Source: the human T2T-CHM13v2.0 reference genome, Homo sapiens | Assembly (NCBI RefSeq): GCF_009914755.1 | Contig: NC_060945.1 | Strand: one strand, 5' to 3' | Length of the DNA: 64,000 nucleotides | In this document: positions 37,662 to 51,116 of the stretch, piece after piece | Layout: each line of letters starts with the position of its first letter | How positions within the stretch are numbered: position 1 is the stretch's first letter | Notes under the pieces: model-generated | Told to the model about the DNA's origin: nothing | The model's database searches: none | Seen by the model: the letters and a program-made list of their open reading frames with translations, nothing else | Made by a program: the position numbers and the translations under genes

Positions 37662-40234
37662 TGAATTTATTTTCAAATAAGGTTAGAGAGGAGGGATGGA
37701 ATGAGGTGGGAGCAGGGGATGAAATTCTTAGAAGAGACGATTGCTTACAAGAGACAATAAATAGCCAACACACTTTAACCTATTATTGCAATTAAGCCTT
37801 TTATTGTATATTTCCAAATATTCTACACTGCTATATATAAATAAAAATATTTGCAAAACCCCTAGTTATGTATCAAAATACACAGGTAACTTATGATTTA
37901 TCGTCATATATTTACATAATTTGCATTTATATTTACTACCATAACAGGACAAATTATTGTAAATATTAAATTTTGTGTATATATTTTATCTTAAATTATT
38001 CTGATACATTTTCAAGTAAAATGTGGGTATTAACAAGGTTATTTAAAAATGGCTTGTTCCTGCTGCATGAAGGGTTTGTCTGTCACACACAGCATGTGTC
38101 TTTTCATTATGTGGCATTCATTTATATTTTGGGTTTCAATCATCACTATGTTACATGAAAACAAATGTTGAACAAATCCTTTCTGGTGACTCAAAGAAAA
38201 GATTAACATTATAATTTTATGGAATCTCTTGAAGCCTGTTGACATTACTGATTAAATGGTAATTAAAGTTAGGGATAGTTTGCAAATTTGTATCAATTAT
38301 AATATTATCTATATTTTTTCCTATCTTTTCTTATGTTTTTTCTCATTCTGTCTCTCCTTTTACTCATCCTTTTTTTTCCTGCTAATCTGCCACATTAATT
38401 ATTCCTATCTTGGGTTTTATAAAATCTAAATATTGACACCCTATATGGAAAAATCTTGAATAACTGTAACCCAAATCCTAACTCAAAATGTGAATTTATT
38501 TAAATATATTGATGGTGACCCTCATAATTTCACAAATAAGCGTTCCTATATGTGTGAATAGCTAGAAGTATTACTTCTAAATTGCTAACAATAAAAGTCT
38601 GCCTCAAAGAATAATTACACTAATTATCATACAGACTTACTTTTTATCATTGAAGTCTCCCAAAATATTTTGAAATCTAATAGCATTTCCAGAAACTTCT
38701 TTTCTAAAATAATGTACTCAATACAACTATTCTTACAACCTTGAAATCCCATTAATGATATTTTATTTGATTTAAATTTTAGTAATAAAATTTAATTCTG
38801 CATGTACCCTGCACCCTAATAGGCGTTTTACACTGAAAATCTTGTATTTATAAGGAGTGCTAGAGTTTAAGGATCTGTTTAACAAGAACATATTTAATGT
38901 TCACACTTAAAATTTTATAGATTACATTATATCCTCTCAACATTTATCTTTCCAGACTTAAATGATCTCACTTTTGGTATATCTTACGTGAAAATCTGTG
39001 TTTTTTCTCACTTTTTACTGGATTTGCCTCACATACGTCGTACCTCCCTCCCTATAATAAAATACATCATTTACCATTTTAGAAATGCAGTCTTCTTTTC
39101 AACAGTGTATACGTAAGAGCTCACATTACATGGCCATTTTATGAGCCTATGAATTTGGATTTTTTTTGCTCTTTGCATGATAACCCTAGAACAGCAGGTT
39201 GGTGTTATAGACTATTTTGGAGTTCTGTGCTGTAATTTGAGCAGGACTTAATTACCTTGTTTCACATGGAACCTCTATAATAAACCCATCAGACTGTAGT
39301 AACTGAGACTTACTGAAGAATTCTTTTGGCCTTCTATAGATTATTGAGGTCAAAGTTGCCCACGGCTCACATTTATTTAGGATTTTATTGAGAAGACTAA
39401 TTTCCTTCTATAGAGAAAGAAATTAAATAATATATGGTCATATGAGAGAAAGAAAAATGTTTCTAAATTTGTCATTGACTATTTCTACTTACTACTCAGC
39501 ACAGACCTTATAATCTATCACTGAAATGCGTCACAAATAGTTCACAAAACTCCATGGATTCTTCTGTGCTTAATCGATGCGTCACCTTTAGGCTTTAGTT
39601 AAAATGATATTTTATTTCTGAAAATCTTTATAACAATATACCTGGTCATTCTTATAAAGAAAAAAAGGCATTTTATTCACAATTTTGATAAAATTTATTA
39701 TTTTTCTTTTTAGAAAACAAGAGGACAAAAATTAAAAGTAGGGACTAACGTGGTTATGGAATTTATACACAATTTCATGAACCCCATCATAGGGCTCTTT
39801 TTAAAGGAGATTTAAATCTAGATGTGGGTCGAGACTTCAAACATTTAGCAAGGCAGACAAGCGTGAATTGTTTTGATTCTTCTGCGAAACATTGCAGAAA
39901 CTGGTGTGATCTGTTCCCCAGTGTGTTCCCACAAAGTCACCAATATTCAGAGGCTCTGATTCCATTAGACAACAAGCAATGCTCACAGAAATAGAACTTA
40001 TGCCTTGTCTGACTGCTCAAGCACATGGCCGCAAACCTTACTGAAGTCAGCCTTGTCTTGTGATTGGGTTTCTAACTTCATTCCAAGCTCTCACAGAGAG
40101 TAGAATATTAAAGATGAAAGATTAAAGTTGCACGGTAGAATTCTTTTCAATATAATAAACATTAAAAAGTGGTAATTTACAAATGAAAAAGCTTCCATGT
40201 CTATTGGAAGCATAGTTTACAATTCAAGCACATA

Positions 40235-40544
40235 CAGATTGAGCACATCTAATGTGAAAACCCGAAATCCAAAACTCTCCAAAATCCAAAATACTGAGTG
40301 TCAACATGATGCCACAAGTGGGAAGTTCCACAAATAAATATTTAATACAAATTTGCTTCATGCACAAAATTATTAAAATATTGTGTAAAATTAGCTTTGT
40401 GCTATGTGAATAAAGTGTATATGAAAAATAACTTAATTTCATGTTTAACCTTGGGTCCTATCCCTAAAATTACTTATGTATATGCAAATATTCCAAAATT
40501 CAAAAAAATCCAAAAAGCATTTTGCATAAGCAATACTCAACATG
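40235..40544 (+). mobile_element. Tigger4b (Zombi_B/MER46B) MITE with TA TSD
   Basis: ta|cagattgagcacatctaatgtgaaaacccgaaatcc...gcataagcaatactcaacatg|ta. Confidence 0.87.
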
Positions 40545-40789
40545 TACATCTGTTTTATGTAGAAAGATGATGAATATCTGCCTATCTTCATTCAAACCTC
40601 TCGTTTCCAATCCAATGTTCATTTATTTATTCAAATTCAAAGTATATACATATGCAGGCTTTTTTTTTTTACCTCATAATGATGTATACATATCAGAGCA
40701 TATATAACTCATTGATTAATATAGCATACTTTAATTAATAAGACAAAGCCTAATTTACTTGATATATTAGATTATATGCAATATGCGTT

Positions 40790-40814
40790 TGTGTGTGTGT
40801 GTGTGTGTGTGTGT
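40790..40814. repeat. (TG)n microsatellite
   Basis: Uninterrupted run of about 12 TG units. Confidence 0.9.
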
Positions 40815-42368
40815 GCAGTTTTTGTGTGTATGTGAAATAGAGAAATGAGAGACAAAGGAAAATACAAAGAGGCAACCCAAAGAAATCAAAGAAACAGAAA
40901 AACAAAAAGATGATTGAAAAGATTAAGGACTGCATTTGGAATATTAATAAGACTTTTATTTTAACTAGTGTCATTGTAAATATTTTTCTGTTATCAATTT
41001 AATTTTCATGGAATAACAACAACAAAACCCTAAAATAAGGTTTTTATTTTAGGCCTTCCTGCCTTCTTCCTTCCTTTGCTGCTTGCCTGCCTTCTTCCTT
41101 TTGTGATTTTTAAGTTTCTTTAAAAATTCCATTAGGTAGGCCTATTCACAACTACTTACTTTTGACCTGCTTTAATACATTAAAATACAACTTTATATAA
41201 TTTATGAAAATATATTCTTACATATTTCATACAAGACTTATTCTTACTATCAAGTTATTTTAGGTTGACAATATATCACTTTAACTAACTAGATAGAGTC
41301 TACCTTCAAATATCATTGTACCACTTTGCGTGCAGCTTAAGGAGATTACAACAGTGCATTATCAACCGCTTCACTCTCTTATTTGTATTATTTTGCCACA
41401 CTTTTTATATAAACTATAAATATGTGATGCATTGTTACTAGCTTTACCTTAGCTAGTCAGTTTTCTTAAGAGCAATAGAAAATAAGAAAGCGTAATTTTC
41501 TCTTAATTTGTTCATTTTCTGAGGCTCTTTCTTTGTGTAGAGTCTAGTTTCTATTTAGTATTATTTTTCTTCTTCAGGAAGTTCCTTTAATATTCCTTGT
41601 AGAGTACATCTGCTGGCTGTTTGGTTCCTCATTTTTTGCTTGTTTGAAGAAATGGTTTTTCTCTTTCATTTTTGAAATATCTTTTTATTATCTATAGAGA
41701 TGAGTTGATAGCTTTCGTTGTTATTTTGCTTTGCCTTTCAGCACCTTAAAGAACTATTTCCATTATCTTTTAACTGGCATGATTCTTGACAAGAAGTCTT
41801 TTGTAATTTTATCTTTGTTCCTTCATATATATCCTTTCTTCTATCTTCAAGGTATCTTTTGTTATTTTTTTCCATCAGTTTGAATAAGATATGCCTAGAT
41901 GCTGTTTTGTTATTGTTTGTTTTATTGTCATTTGTGTTTTAATCTTTTTCCTATTTAGTGTTTCTAAGTATCTCGGATATGTGATTGCCTCTCATTTTAC
42001 TTTGAAAATGCCTAGACCATCATTTATTTAAATATATTACTTCTTCCTTGTTCTCTTTTCTCTTTCTGAAATTCCAGTTACACATATATTAGGTCAATCG
42101 ATACAGCCTGACAGTACTCAGATGCTTTTTATTTTCTTCTTTTTTCTCACATTCAGTTTTATTGCTTTCTATGGATTCATCTTCAAGTTCATGATTATTT
42201 TCTCAGCTGTGAGAGGTCCGTGAATGGCATGCTTCACTGTTTTCACTGTTTTTATTTCCTAGCATTTCCAATTCTTTCTGATAGTTTCTTTACTACCTCC
42301 CTGATGAAACTGCCCATGTAATTTTATGTTTCCACTAGAGTTTTGACATAATCAATCACAGTTATTTT

Positions 42369-43005
42369 GCTTATACAGTGTTGGTGAGAATGTAAATTAG
42401 CTAAACCACTGTGGAAAGCAGTTCAGAGGTTTCCCAAAGAACTTAGAACTACCATTGGACCCAGCTATCTCGTTACTGAGTATATATACCCAAAATAAAA
42501 TAAATCATTCTGCCAAAACACACATGTGCTCGGATGTTCATCACAGCACTATTCACAATAGCAAAGATATAGAATCATCCTACGTACCCAACAATGGCGG
42601 ACTGTATAAAGAAAATGTGGTACATATAGCCCGCAGGATACTATACAGCCAAAAAACATGATCATGTCCTTCGTGGCAATATAGACACTGCTGGAGGCCA
42701 TTATCCTAAGAATCAACACATGAACAGAAAACCAAATATCACATGTTCTCACTTGTACGTGGAAGTTAAACATTGGTTAGAAATAGACAAAAAGATGGCC
42801 ACAATAGACAGTGGGGGCTACTAGAGGCGGGAGGAAGGGAGGAAGGCAGGGGTTTAAAAACTAACTATTGGATACTATGCTCACTATCTGGGTGATGAGA
42901 TCAATCACATCCCAAACCTCAGCATCGTGCAATATACACATATAGCAAACCTGTACACGTACCACCCGAATCTAAAAATAAGATGAAATTACTTTAAAAA
43001 GTTTA
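42369..43005 (+). mobile_element. L1PA16/17-like 3' fragment
   Basis: gcttatacagtgttggtgagaatgtaaattag...aaactaactattggatactatgctcactatctgggtgatgagatcaatcacatcccaaacctcagcatc...gaatctaaaaataa. Confidence 0.88.
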
Positions 43006-43176
43006 AAAATAGCCAGGCACGGTGGCCCATGCATGTAATTCTAATTACTCAGGAGGCTGAAATGGGAGGATCACTTGAACCCAGGAGATTGAGGCTGCGC
43101 TAAGCTAGGATCATGCAACTCCACCCCAGCCTGGGTGACAGACAGACCCCCCTGTCTCTAATAAATAAATAAATAA
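43006..43176 (+). mobile_element. Alu right monomer (FRAM or truncated AluJ)
   Basis: agccaggcacggtggc...tactcaggaggctgaaatgggaggatcacttgaacccaggag...cagcctgggtgacaga...ctgtctct plus (TAAA)n. Confidence 0.85.
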
Positions 43177-43516
43177 AATCCCAGTTATTTCAAATTTATT
43201 GTCAAATAGTTACTAGATGTGTGTCATTTCTGAGTCTGTTTCTGGTGATTGCTTTGCTTCTTGGCAACTTTTTAAAAAATATTTCCTTGTGTTTTTGTAT
43301 GTGTCGTAATTTTTGTTTGAAAGTCAGATATGGTGTGCAAGACAGTAGAAAATGAGAAAAAGAAAGGCAGTAAGCACATTTTTTTAAATTTTAAGCCTTT
43401 ATTGTGAGAATTAGTACGGGTTAAACCATTGGGATTTAGACTAGATTTTGTTTGTCTGTCTGTTTGTTTTGCTCTGGTTATCCTCAGAGCAACATAGACT
43501 ACAAATTCTCCTATTT

Positions 43517-43721
43517 CAGTGTTTCCTAGCCTTGGTGCCATTTACATTTTGTATTAGATAATCCACATTTTTATGGGGAGATTTCCTGTATGTTTTAAGA
43601 TGTTTAACAGCATTTCTGGTTTCTATATGTTAGATGCAAGTCATAAGAAAAAAAATCATTTGGAGATACTGTCAAATGTCTCCTGGGAGAGGAAAAGGTG
43701 ACCTGCTGGTAAGAACCATTG
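43517..43721. mobile_element. MER20-like hAT-Charlie MITE
   Basis: cagtgtttcctagccttggtgccatttacattttg...gatgtttaacagcat...ctgtcaaatgtctcctggg...aagaaccattg. Confidence 0.75.
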
Positions 43722-44587
43722 CTCTTGCTGTAACCTTATATTTAGATGAAAGGTGGTTTTCCAGAGGGTGTTTGTAAATGTTTGCACCACACTCAGCTCA
43801 GATTGTTCCTTTTATGCTGTGCCACAGAATGGGTATCATTTCATACACTTATCTCTCTCCTGCCCATCTCCCTTAGGTATTTTGCTATTACTTTTTACTT
43901 GATGCTGGTTAGTCCGCTGGTGAGGGGAGCAGTTGACAGATGTTTCTTTGCTGCTCAGATTAAACTTCAATGTTAGGCTGGCTCGTGCCCTGAGTGTTGA
44001 GGGCATGGCTTCCTCAGTGCTCCTGCGCCTCCATTGTTCTGAGCCAAGCACATATTTCTGCCCTTTCCTGTGGGTATGTGCTTTTTCCTCCTCCAGTTCT
44101 CTTTTGCCAAGTTCAGTGGCTTTTCACCAAGGTCATAATTTAAACATTATTTGTTGTCCTTTATTCACAAATGAACAGCAGCAACAAAAACTGTAAGTTG
44201 GAATAGAATCCCTCAATACCAGCATCCTACAGGAGTTACACACTTCCTGCCAGTCCACATTTTCCTCCACCTGTTCATTAAAACATCCTCATTGAATTAT
44301 TTTAACTGCCTATAGTTGTGTGTCCTCTGTGTACCGCATGCAAGCCAGTGCTTATGTCTCACGTCTCTCCACAAGTACATCTTCCCCTATTATTGAGTCA
44401 TTATTTATTCTTATTTTTTTTGCCTTGCAAGCTCACTTGGTCTAATAGGATCAAGAAAAGTCATAAATCTGCAGTCGGCCAGGATGCTTTTTATTGTATG
44501 GATAGGAGGAATACTCTTACCTGCTGTTTACACCCTTAGAAGAAACTTGAAGTGTGTCCAATGACTAACAAAGAATCATGATTGGAA

Positions 44588-44722
44588 GGTGGTAGTGGCT
44601 CATTCCTGTAATTCCAGTACTTTGGGAGGCAGAGACAGGAGGATTGCTTGAGCCCAGGAGTTCCAGACCAGCTTAGGGCCACATAACGATACGCCATCTA
44701 CACATAAAAGAAAACCAAAAAA
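44588..44722 (+). mobile_element. Alu left monomer (FLAM_C-like)
   Basis: gtggctcattcctgtaattccagtactttgggaggcagagacaggaggattgcttgagcccaggagttccagaccagc plus A-rich tail. Confidence 0.82.
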
Positions 44723-44779
44723 GTTTTCTGTGTTGTTATTTAATGAAAGTCAGTTGAATAATGATGGTTTTACCAGCAG

Positions 44780-44975
44780 GATTTTGAGACCAAGTTTAAA
44801 AATTAACTGTGTAATCTTGGGTATTTGACTTTACCCAAACAAATTCAAATATATTTGAATTTGCTCATCTGCAAAATGAGGAAAAATATCATGGGTGCCT
44901 GTAAAAAGTTTAGAAACTTCAGAAAGGTTTTTAACCCATAGTAAGTCCCCAATAAATATAGATTAATATTGTCAG
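44780..44975 (+). mobile_element. MIR SINE relic
   Basis: taactgtgtaatcttgggta...ctcatctgcaaaatgagg...catagtaagtccccaataaat. Confidence 0.65.
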
Positions 44976-45734
44976 TCATTATTATCTAGGCTGACCACAT
45001 GATATCAGACATGTAACCTTACTTAGGCTCTTCTAGTTACACATATTGCTTATGAGTTTTTTCAGAAATCAATTCATGTACACATATAACACTGTCAGTA
45101 AAATTTCCACAGACCTAGGTAATCTTATTTAAAAATTAAGTCATCAGCTTTTTTATTGACTTTTTTCTTTTCTTTATGCCAAGTACATACCCTCTTCTCT
45201 CCTCCAAACTATTCTAGAGAAAAAAATAAAGTGATAAAGTGGATTCTTGTACAAAAAGACTTACCTTAAACTGTGTCTTTTTACTCTTTTAATATTTAAA
45301 TGTTACTAAAAATCTTTGAAAGTATATGAAAACATTTTTGAAAAGCTCTTTTTGCATAATAAATATTAGTCATCAACACGCTAAGTATTTTTTTCTTGAC
45401 AAAAATTATTTAAGAGCAGAATAATTTTTGTATAGATTTGGAACTCATCTTGCTAATGAAGATTTTTATAATTTATGTCATTTGGCTCATATTAAACAAT
45501 CTTTTGGTACTTAGTAAAAGTTAAGAATTAGAAGTGGATTCATTTATTTTAAATTTATGTGGTCACTAGCAGCTACTGTGTACATACTGCAAAATGCATG
45601 TAACTTGATTGCATAAAATGAATTTATGAAAAATTGTTGGTTCCCAAGGATTTCTTTAATGTGTTACATTAAATGCAAAAAGTTATAACATGATTGCTTT
45701 TTATTTTTTGCATTTTTTTTACATTGGTGTGCAT

Positions 45735-45741
45735 TATTATT

Positions 45742-45772
<31 letters not shown>

Positions 45773-46060
45773 TTTTAGACGGAGTCTCACTCTGTCGCCC
45801 AGGCTGGAGTGCAATAGTGCGGTCTTGGCTCACTGCAACCTCCGCCCCCCGGATTCAAGCGATTGTCCTTTCCTGCCTCAGCCTCCCCAGTAACTGGGAT
45901 TACAGGCGCCCGCCACCATGACTGGCTAATTTTTGTATTTTTAGTAGAGACGGGGTTTCACCATGTTGGCCAGGCTGGTCTCGAACTGCTGGCCTCATGA
46001 TCTGCCCGCCTAGGCCTCCCAGAGTGCTGGAATTACAGGCGTGAGCCACCACACCTGGCC
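45735..46060 (-). mobile_element. Full-length AluS (Sg-like)
   Basis: (TTTA)n tail, agacggagtctcactctgtcgcccagg...ttggccaggctggtctcgaac..cctcatgatc...cacctggcc. Confidence 0.92.
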
Positions 46061-46532
46061 ACTTGTTTTATTGCATAGTTATCTAGATGGTGAATTAAGG
46101 AAAAATGATACATTAAAATCATAGTATAATCTCCAAACCTTTGATGGTATTTACCTACAAGTAAAATCAAGAGTAACCCAAACACTAAAATGAAAACTTG
46201 GCACTGTATTTTTGTTACTATTTCCAATATTGCTCGTAGTTTGAAATAAAAACTTTATTATAATTTATACATTTAGTCTGTGACCTTCAATTAATTATAA
46301 TTTTCAACTAGTGTTACCTAGTTCCACAAAGCTGCATTTATGAAGTTTTCAGAATAAACACAATTTATTTTGCATGTAAATATAAAGTTGTAAATGCAGA
46401 TTAGTAACATTTTTAAGATATATTATGAAACAGGTACAATTTAGACAATTCAAGGTGGAGGAATTATTTAAAATTTAAAACGAGAAACAGATGGTACTTA
46501 GTTATATTTGATAGATCCTTTAAATTTCATCA

Positions 46533-46533
<1 letters not shown>

Positions 46534-46579
<46 letters not shown>
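46534..46579. repeat. (TA)n microsatellite, ~23 units
   Basis: Uninterrupted TA run. Confidence 0.95.
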
Positions 46580-46581
<2 letters not shown>

Positions 46582-46971
46582 AACAAAAAGAGCAAGATGC
46601 TACATAGCTACATCATATCAGTTTTTAAAAACTCAGTTTTCTATTACAAATTTAACAGCTAAATTGGGTATTAAACACACTGTCAGAGTCAGACATAACT
46701 TTCTCTGGTTTTAATATAATTTATTAGCCACGATTTATAGGCCATTAAAAGCATTTTGAAGTTGCTGAAAACAATATACTGTTTCCACCATATATTTTAT
46801 TAGAGCTACAAGATAATAGGTTTCTTATGACAATAATAGTCATAATAAAATACAATGAAAAAAGTTTATGGCTTTCATTGAAAAAAAAGTAGATTTAAAT
46901 AAGAACAGTATCTTTATATCCATAGTTCAATAATTTTTCTGAAACCTACTGCACAGACCTGTAAATGTTAT

Positions 46972-47315
<344 letters not shown>

Positions 47316-48795
47316 TAAAATAATACACTGGATTTTCCTATGTGCATTTTGATGTTTTTGTTCTAGTAAATAAAGGAAAACCATCCACTACATCATCATA
47401 AAGAAGAATTCTTTCAGTTTTGCTTGAGTGCAGGTGGTATAGCCTTCTGCTGACTTTTAATCATCCATAAAAATATTTATAAATAAAATATGTTTTTCCA
47501 AGCTTCGGGCCATTGAAGTCATTATATTCATAAATAAAACAAGAGCTTATGCATAGTTATCCAGTACAGAAGACAAGAAATGACTTTCCATCCTAATATT
47601 AATTAGCAAATATTTGTTTAAATTACAATTAATAAATTATAAACCTATCATATTTACAAATATTTTGAACATATTAATTATTTATTTTATTGTGAGCAGT
47701 AGTACCTTAATCCTGAATTGCTCTAAGTTCATTCTTGTGACTATTTATATAAACTTTTTCAAAATTCCCATAATTTATCTTTCTAATTAAAATATAGTTT
47801 ACTCTAAAGTAGTCCTATCTGAAAAATACATTATTATAATGTTAATATTATGTAATATTATTTGCAAAAAATACATAAGTTATATATATTCATGAGGTTC
47901 CTAGATACTGAATTTAAAAGAATGATTAAAGGGCATTCCACAAATATCTTCTTTAATTTGTGATTGTGAATTTCCATTTGAAACAACAAATTAGAAAAAT
48001 AAATTAAGCATCATAAATATCATGTCAGAGAAATTGTTCTCTGTAATAATAATTACATGTATTATAAAAATCATAACTGTAATAAACAGTATAATGAAAG
48101 GAAAGACTATTTCTCTAATTTTCAAAAATGAAATATTGAACTAATGAATAGATTCTTAAGATAAGTCTTGTTATTACTGGAGAGATCTTATAATTTTTTC
48201 AAATTATTCATTACCTAAGGAAATCATGTTTTTTCTTAGTCTACCTATAGTTTTTGATGAAATGATTAATAATCAAAGGTGCTTATTTCTCACTGAAGCG
48301 AGCAACTCAGTGTTGTTCTAGAGTGTTGTGGGAAAAGTGATTTTCTTTTGTTGTATTTCTCGATAGAAAAATTTTGCTATGATATTTCTACTGTAGCTTA
48401 TTTAATTTTTTTCCAATGTTGTGAAGCTATGGCTCAGGCCAATGGGTGAAGAAAGATATATAGGACTATAATCGTTTTGACAACTCCATATGACTGTGAG
48501 CCTTTTGATAAGGCTAGTCATCATCTGACCACTTAGAATTGAATAAAATTTTGAGGAACAAGGTTTTTAGTACAATGATGTATTACTTTCTTCATATATC
48601 CACAGTATTTTTACCTAACAGATTCATGGAAGAATGATGATGTATGCCAGAACACCAGATTTGATCAATCTTTGAGATTAGGTAATAATAAGACCCTTAA
48701 CCTAACTTTACTCAATTATTTTGCTGTTTCCTTTTAGAATTAGTTTGATAAAAATTGTGGAATATTTTTATCTCTATTAAAATAAACTAATAACA

Positions 48796-49151
48796 TATCT
48801 TAATCCATTTGTGCTACTACAACAAAATACCAGAGATTGGGTAATTTAGAAAAAACATAAGTTTATTTTCTCAGTCTGGAGGCTGGGAAGTTCAAGATCT
48901 AAGTGCTGTTAACTTGTGTCTGGTGAGGGCCTTCTTGCTGCCTCCTTCCATGGTGGAAGGCAAAAAGGCGAGTAGATGAACTCCCTTCATCAAGCTCTTT
49001 CATAAGGGTACCCAATCCCATTCATGAAGGGATTGGGCCTAATCATGGTAATTAGCTGATCATGACCTAATTGCTACTTAAAGTCTCCACCTCTTATACT
49101 GTCACATTGGCAACACTTGAATTTTGGAGGGAACACATTCAGACCATATCC
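48796..49151 (-). mobile_element. MLT1A/MLT1A0-like MaLR solo LTR
   Basis: tatcttaatccatttgtgctactacaacaaaatacc...ctggaggctgggaagttcaagatc...gtctggtgagggc...gaattttggagggaacacattcagaccata. Confidence 0.85.
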
Positions 49152-49952
49152 AGCAGATAAAAAAGTGAAAATAAAACACAGACAGAACATATAACAAAGC
49201 TCCCATCCCACATGAATTAGTACCGTGAGAATTTATCTTATATAATTAACATAGCACTTACCTAGAATATATGAATCCTCGAACTTATGTGTTAATTCTT
49301 GATCTCAATGCTAAGGCTTGAATCTTCAATTCATGTGACTGTTTGATTAATCCTCATGAATACTTGACCGTTTTTACAAAATCAATATTTTGACTTTTTG
49401 TATCACGTGTGTTCTATTCCTTTCTGAAATTTCTTAACACAGCTGACAAACACAGGTACAAAGATTTATAGCTTGGGTTCTGAACTGAGCTACTTTGATA
49501 TGAATCTAAAAAGACATGCCATATTAAAATATGCCTTTAGTCTACAGCCAATTAAAGAAATTAGTGTTAAAAGAAGAAATCTGGGTGATTCTGAGATTTA
49601 GTTTATAATCTGGGAGGAGTGCAAATATTATTAATATTATAAATTAGTAGTATGAACCATAATAATAAAAATAATAAAGCTTCTCATGTAAACTCCCCAA
49701 ATATAATAATTGTTTTATAGGTATCTGACTCAGGGCAGAAAATAGATCAGCTTTATAATATTGACTGTCTAATGACTACAACTTCCTTTGTTTTAATAAA
49801 AAATTAAGATGGCCAAATAACAATGAAATTGTGACATTCAAATATACTTTTCAATTATAAGCACTGAGGCACCCCAAACTCTGTGGGCACAACTTTTTTT
49901 GTTTTACTCCAACTTTAACAATATTTTTTTTTAATCACTCAAATAAAGAATT

Positions 49953-51116
49953 AAATTAACCAAGTCAAGATGGATTAAAGACTTAAACATAAGACCTAAA
50001 ACCATAAAAACCCTAGAAGAAAACCTAGGCAATACCATTCAGAACATAGGCATGAGCAAAGACTTCATGACTAAAACAACAAAAGCAATGGCAACAAAAG
50101 CCAACATTGACAAATGGGATCTAATCAAACTAAAAAGCTTCTGCATATCAAAAGAAACTATTATCAGAGTGAACAGGCAACCTACAGAGTGGGAGAACAT
50201 TTTTGCAATCTATCCATCTGACAAAGGTATAATATCCAGGATCTTAAACAAATTTACCTGAAAAAAACATACAACCCTATGAAAAAGTGGGCGGAAGATA
50301 TGAATAGACACTTCTCAAAAGAAGACATTTATGTGGCCAAAAAACATGAAAAAAAGCTCATCATCACTGGTCATTAGAGAAATGCAAATCAAAACCACAA
50401 TGAGACAGCATGTCACGCCAGTTAGAATGGTGATCATTAAAAACTCAGGAAACAAAAGATGCTGGCAAGGCAGTGGAGAAATAGGAAAGCTTTTACACTG
50501 TTGGTGGGAGTGTAAAATAGTTCAACCATTGTGGAAGACAGTGTGGAGATTCCTCAAGGATCTAGAACCAGAAATACCATTTGACCCAGCAATCCGATTA
50601 CTGGGTATATACCCAAAGGATTATAAATCATTCTACTATAAAGACACATGCACATGTATGTTTATTGTGGCACTGCTCACAATAGCAAAGACAAGGAACC
50701 AACCCAAAAGCTCATCAGTGATAGACTGGATAAAGAAAATGTGGCACATATACACCAAGGAATACTATGAAGCCATAAAAAGGATGAGTTCATGTCCTTT
50801 GCAGGGACATGGATGAATCTGGAAACCATGATTCTCAGCAAACTAACACAGGAACAGAAAACCAACACAGCATATTCTCACTCATAAGTGGGAGTTGAAC
50901 AATGAGAACACATGGACGCAGGGAAGGGAACATCACACACTGGGGCCTGTCAGGGGGTGGAGGGCTAGGGGAGGGATAGCATTAGGAGAAATACCTAATG
51001 TAGACAACGGATTGGTGGGTGCAGCAAACCAACATGGCACGGGTGTACCTACAAAACAAACCTGCACATCCTGCACGTGTATCCTAGAACTTAAAGTATT
51101 ATAATAATAATAATAA
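49953..51116 (+). mobile_element. 5'-truncated L1PA7-like LINE-1 (ORF2 C-terminus, 3'UTR)
   Basis: ORFs 50052..50261 and 50331..50816 are L1 ORF2 C-terminal peptides (HCWWECKIVQPLWKTVWRFLKDLEPEIPFDPAI); 3'UTR and (TAA)n tail; no clean TSD seen. Confidence 0.95.

Larger units (their letters stand above)
41150..44550 (-). mobile_element. Old L1M (MC/MD-type) ORF1/5' region, interrupted by L1PA16-like, FRAM and MER20 inserts
   Basis: T-rich antisense L1 (ttcctttaatattccttgtagagtacatctgctgg...tctgaaattccagttacacatatattagg); the host resumes after 43177. Confidence 0.6.

Noticed and set aside
50331-50816. Longest ORF (161 aa) as an active retrotransposon gene
   Set aside because: It is only the C-terminal part of ORF2 in a 5'-truncated, frameshifted L1 with no promoter, endonuclease or RT.
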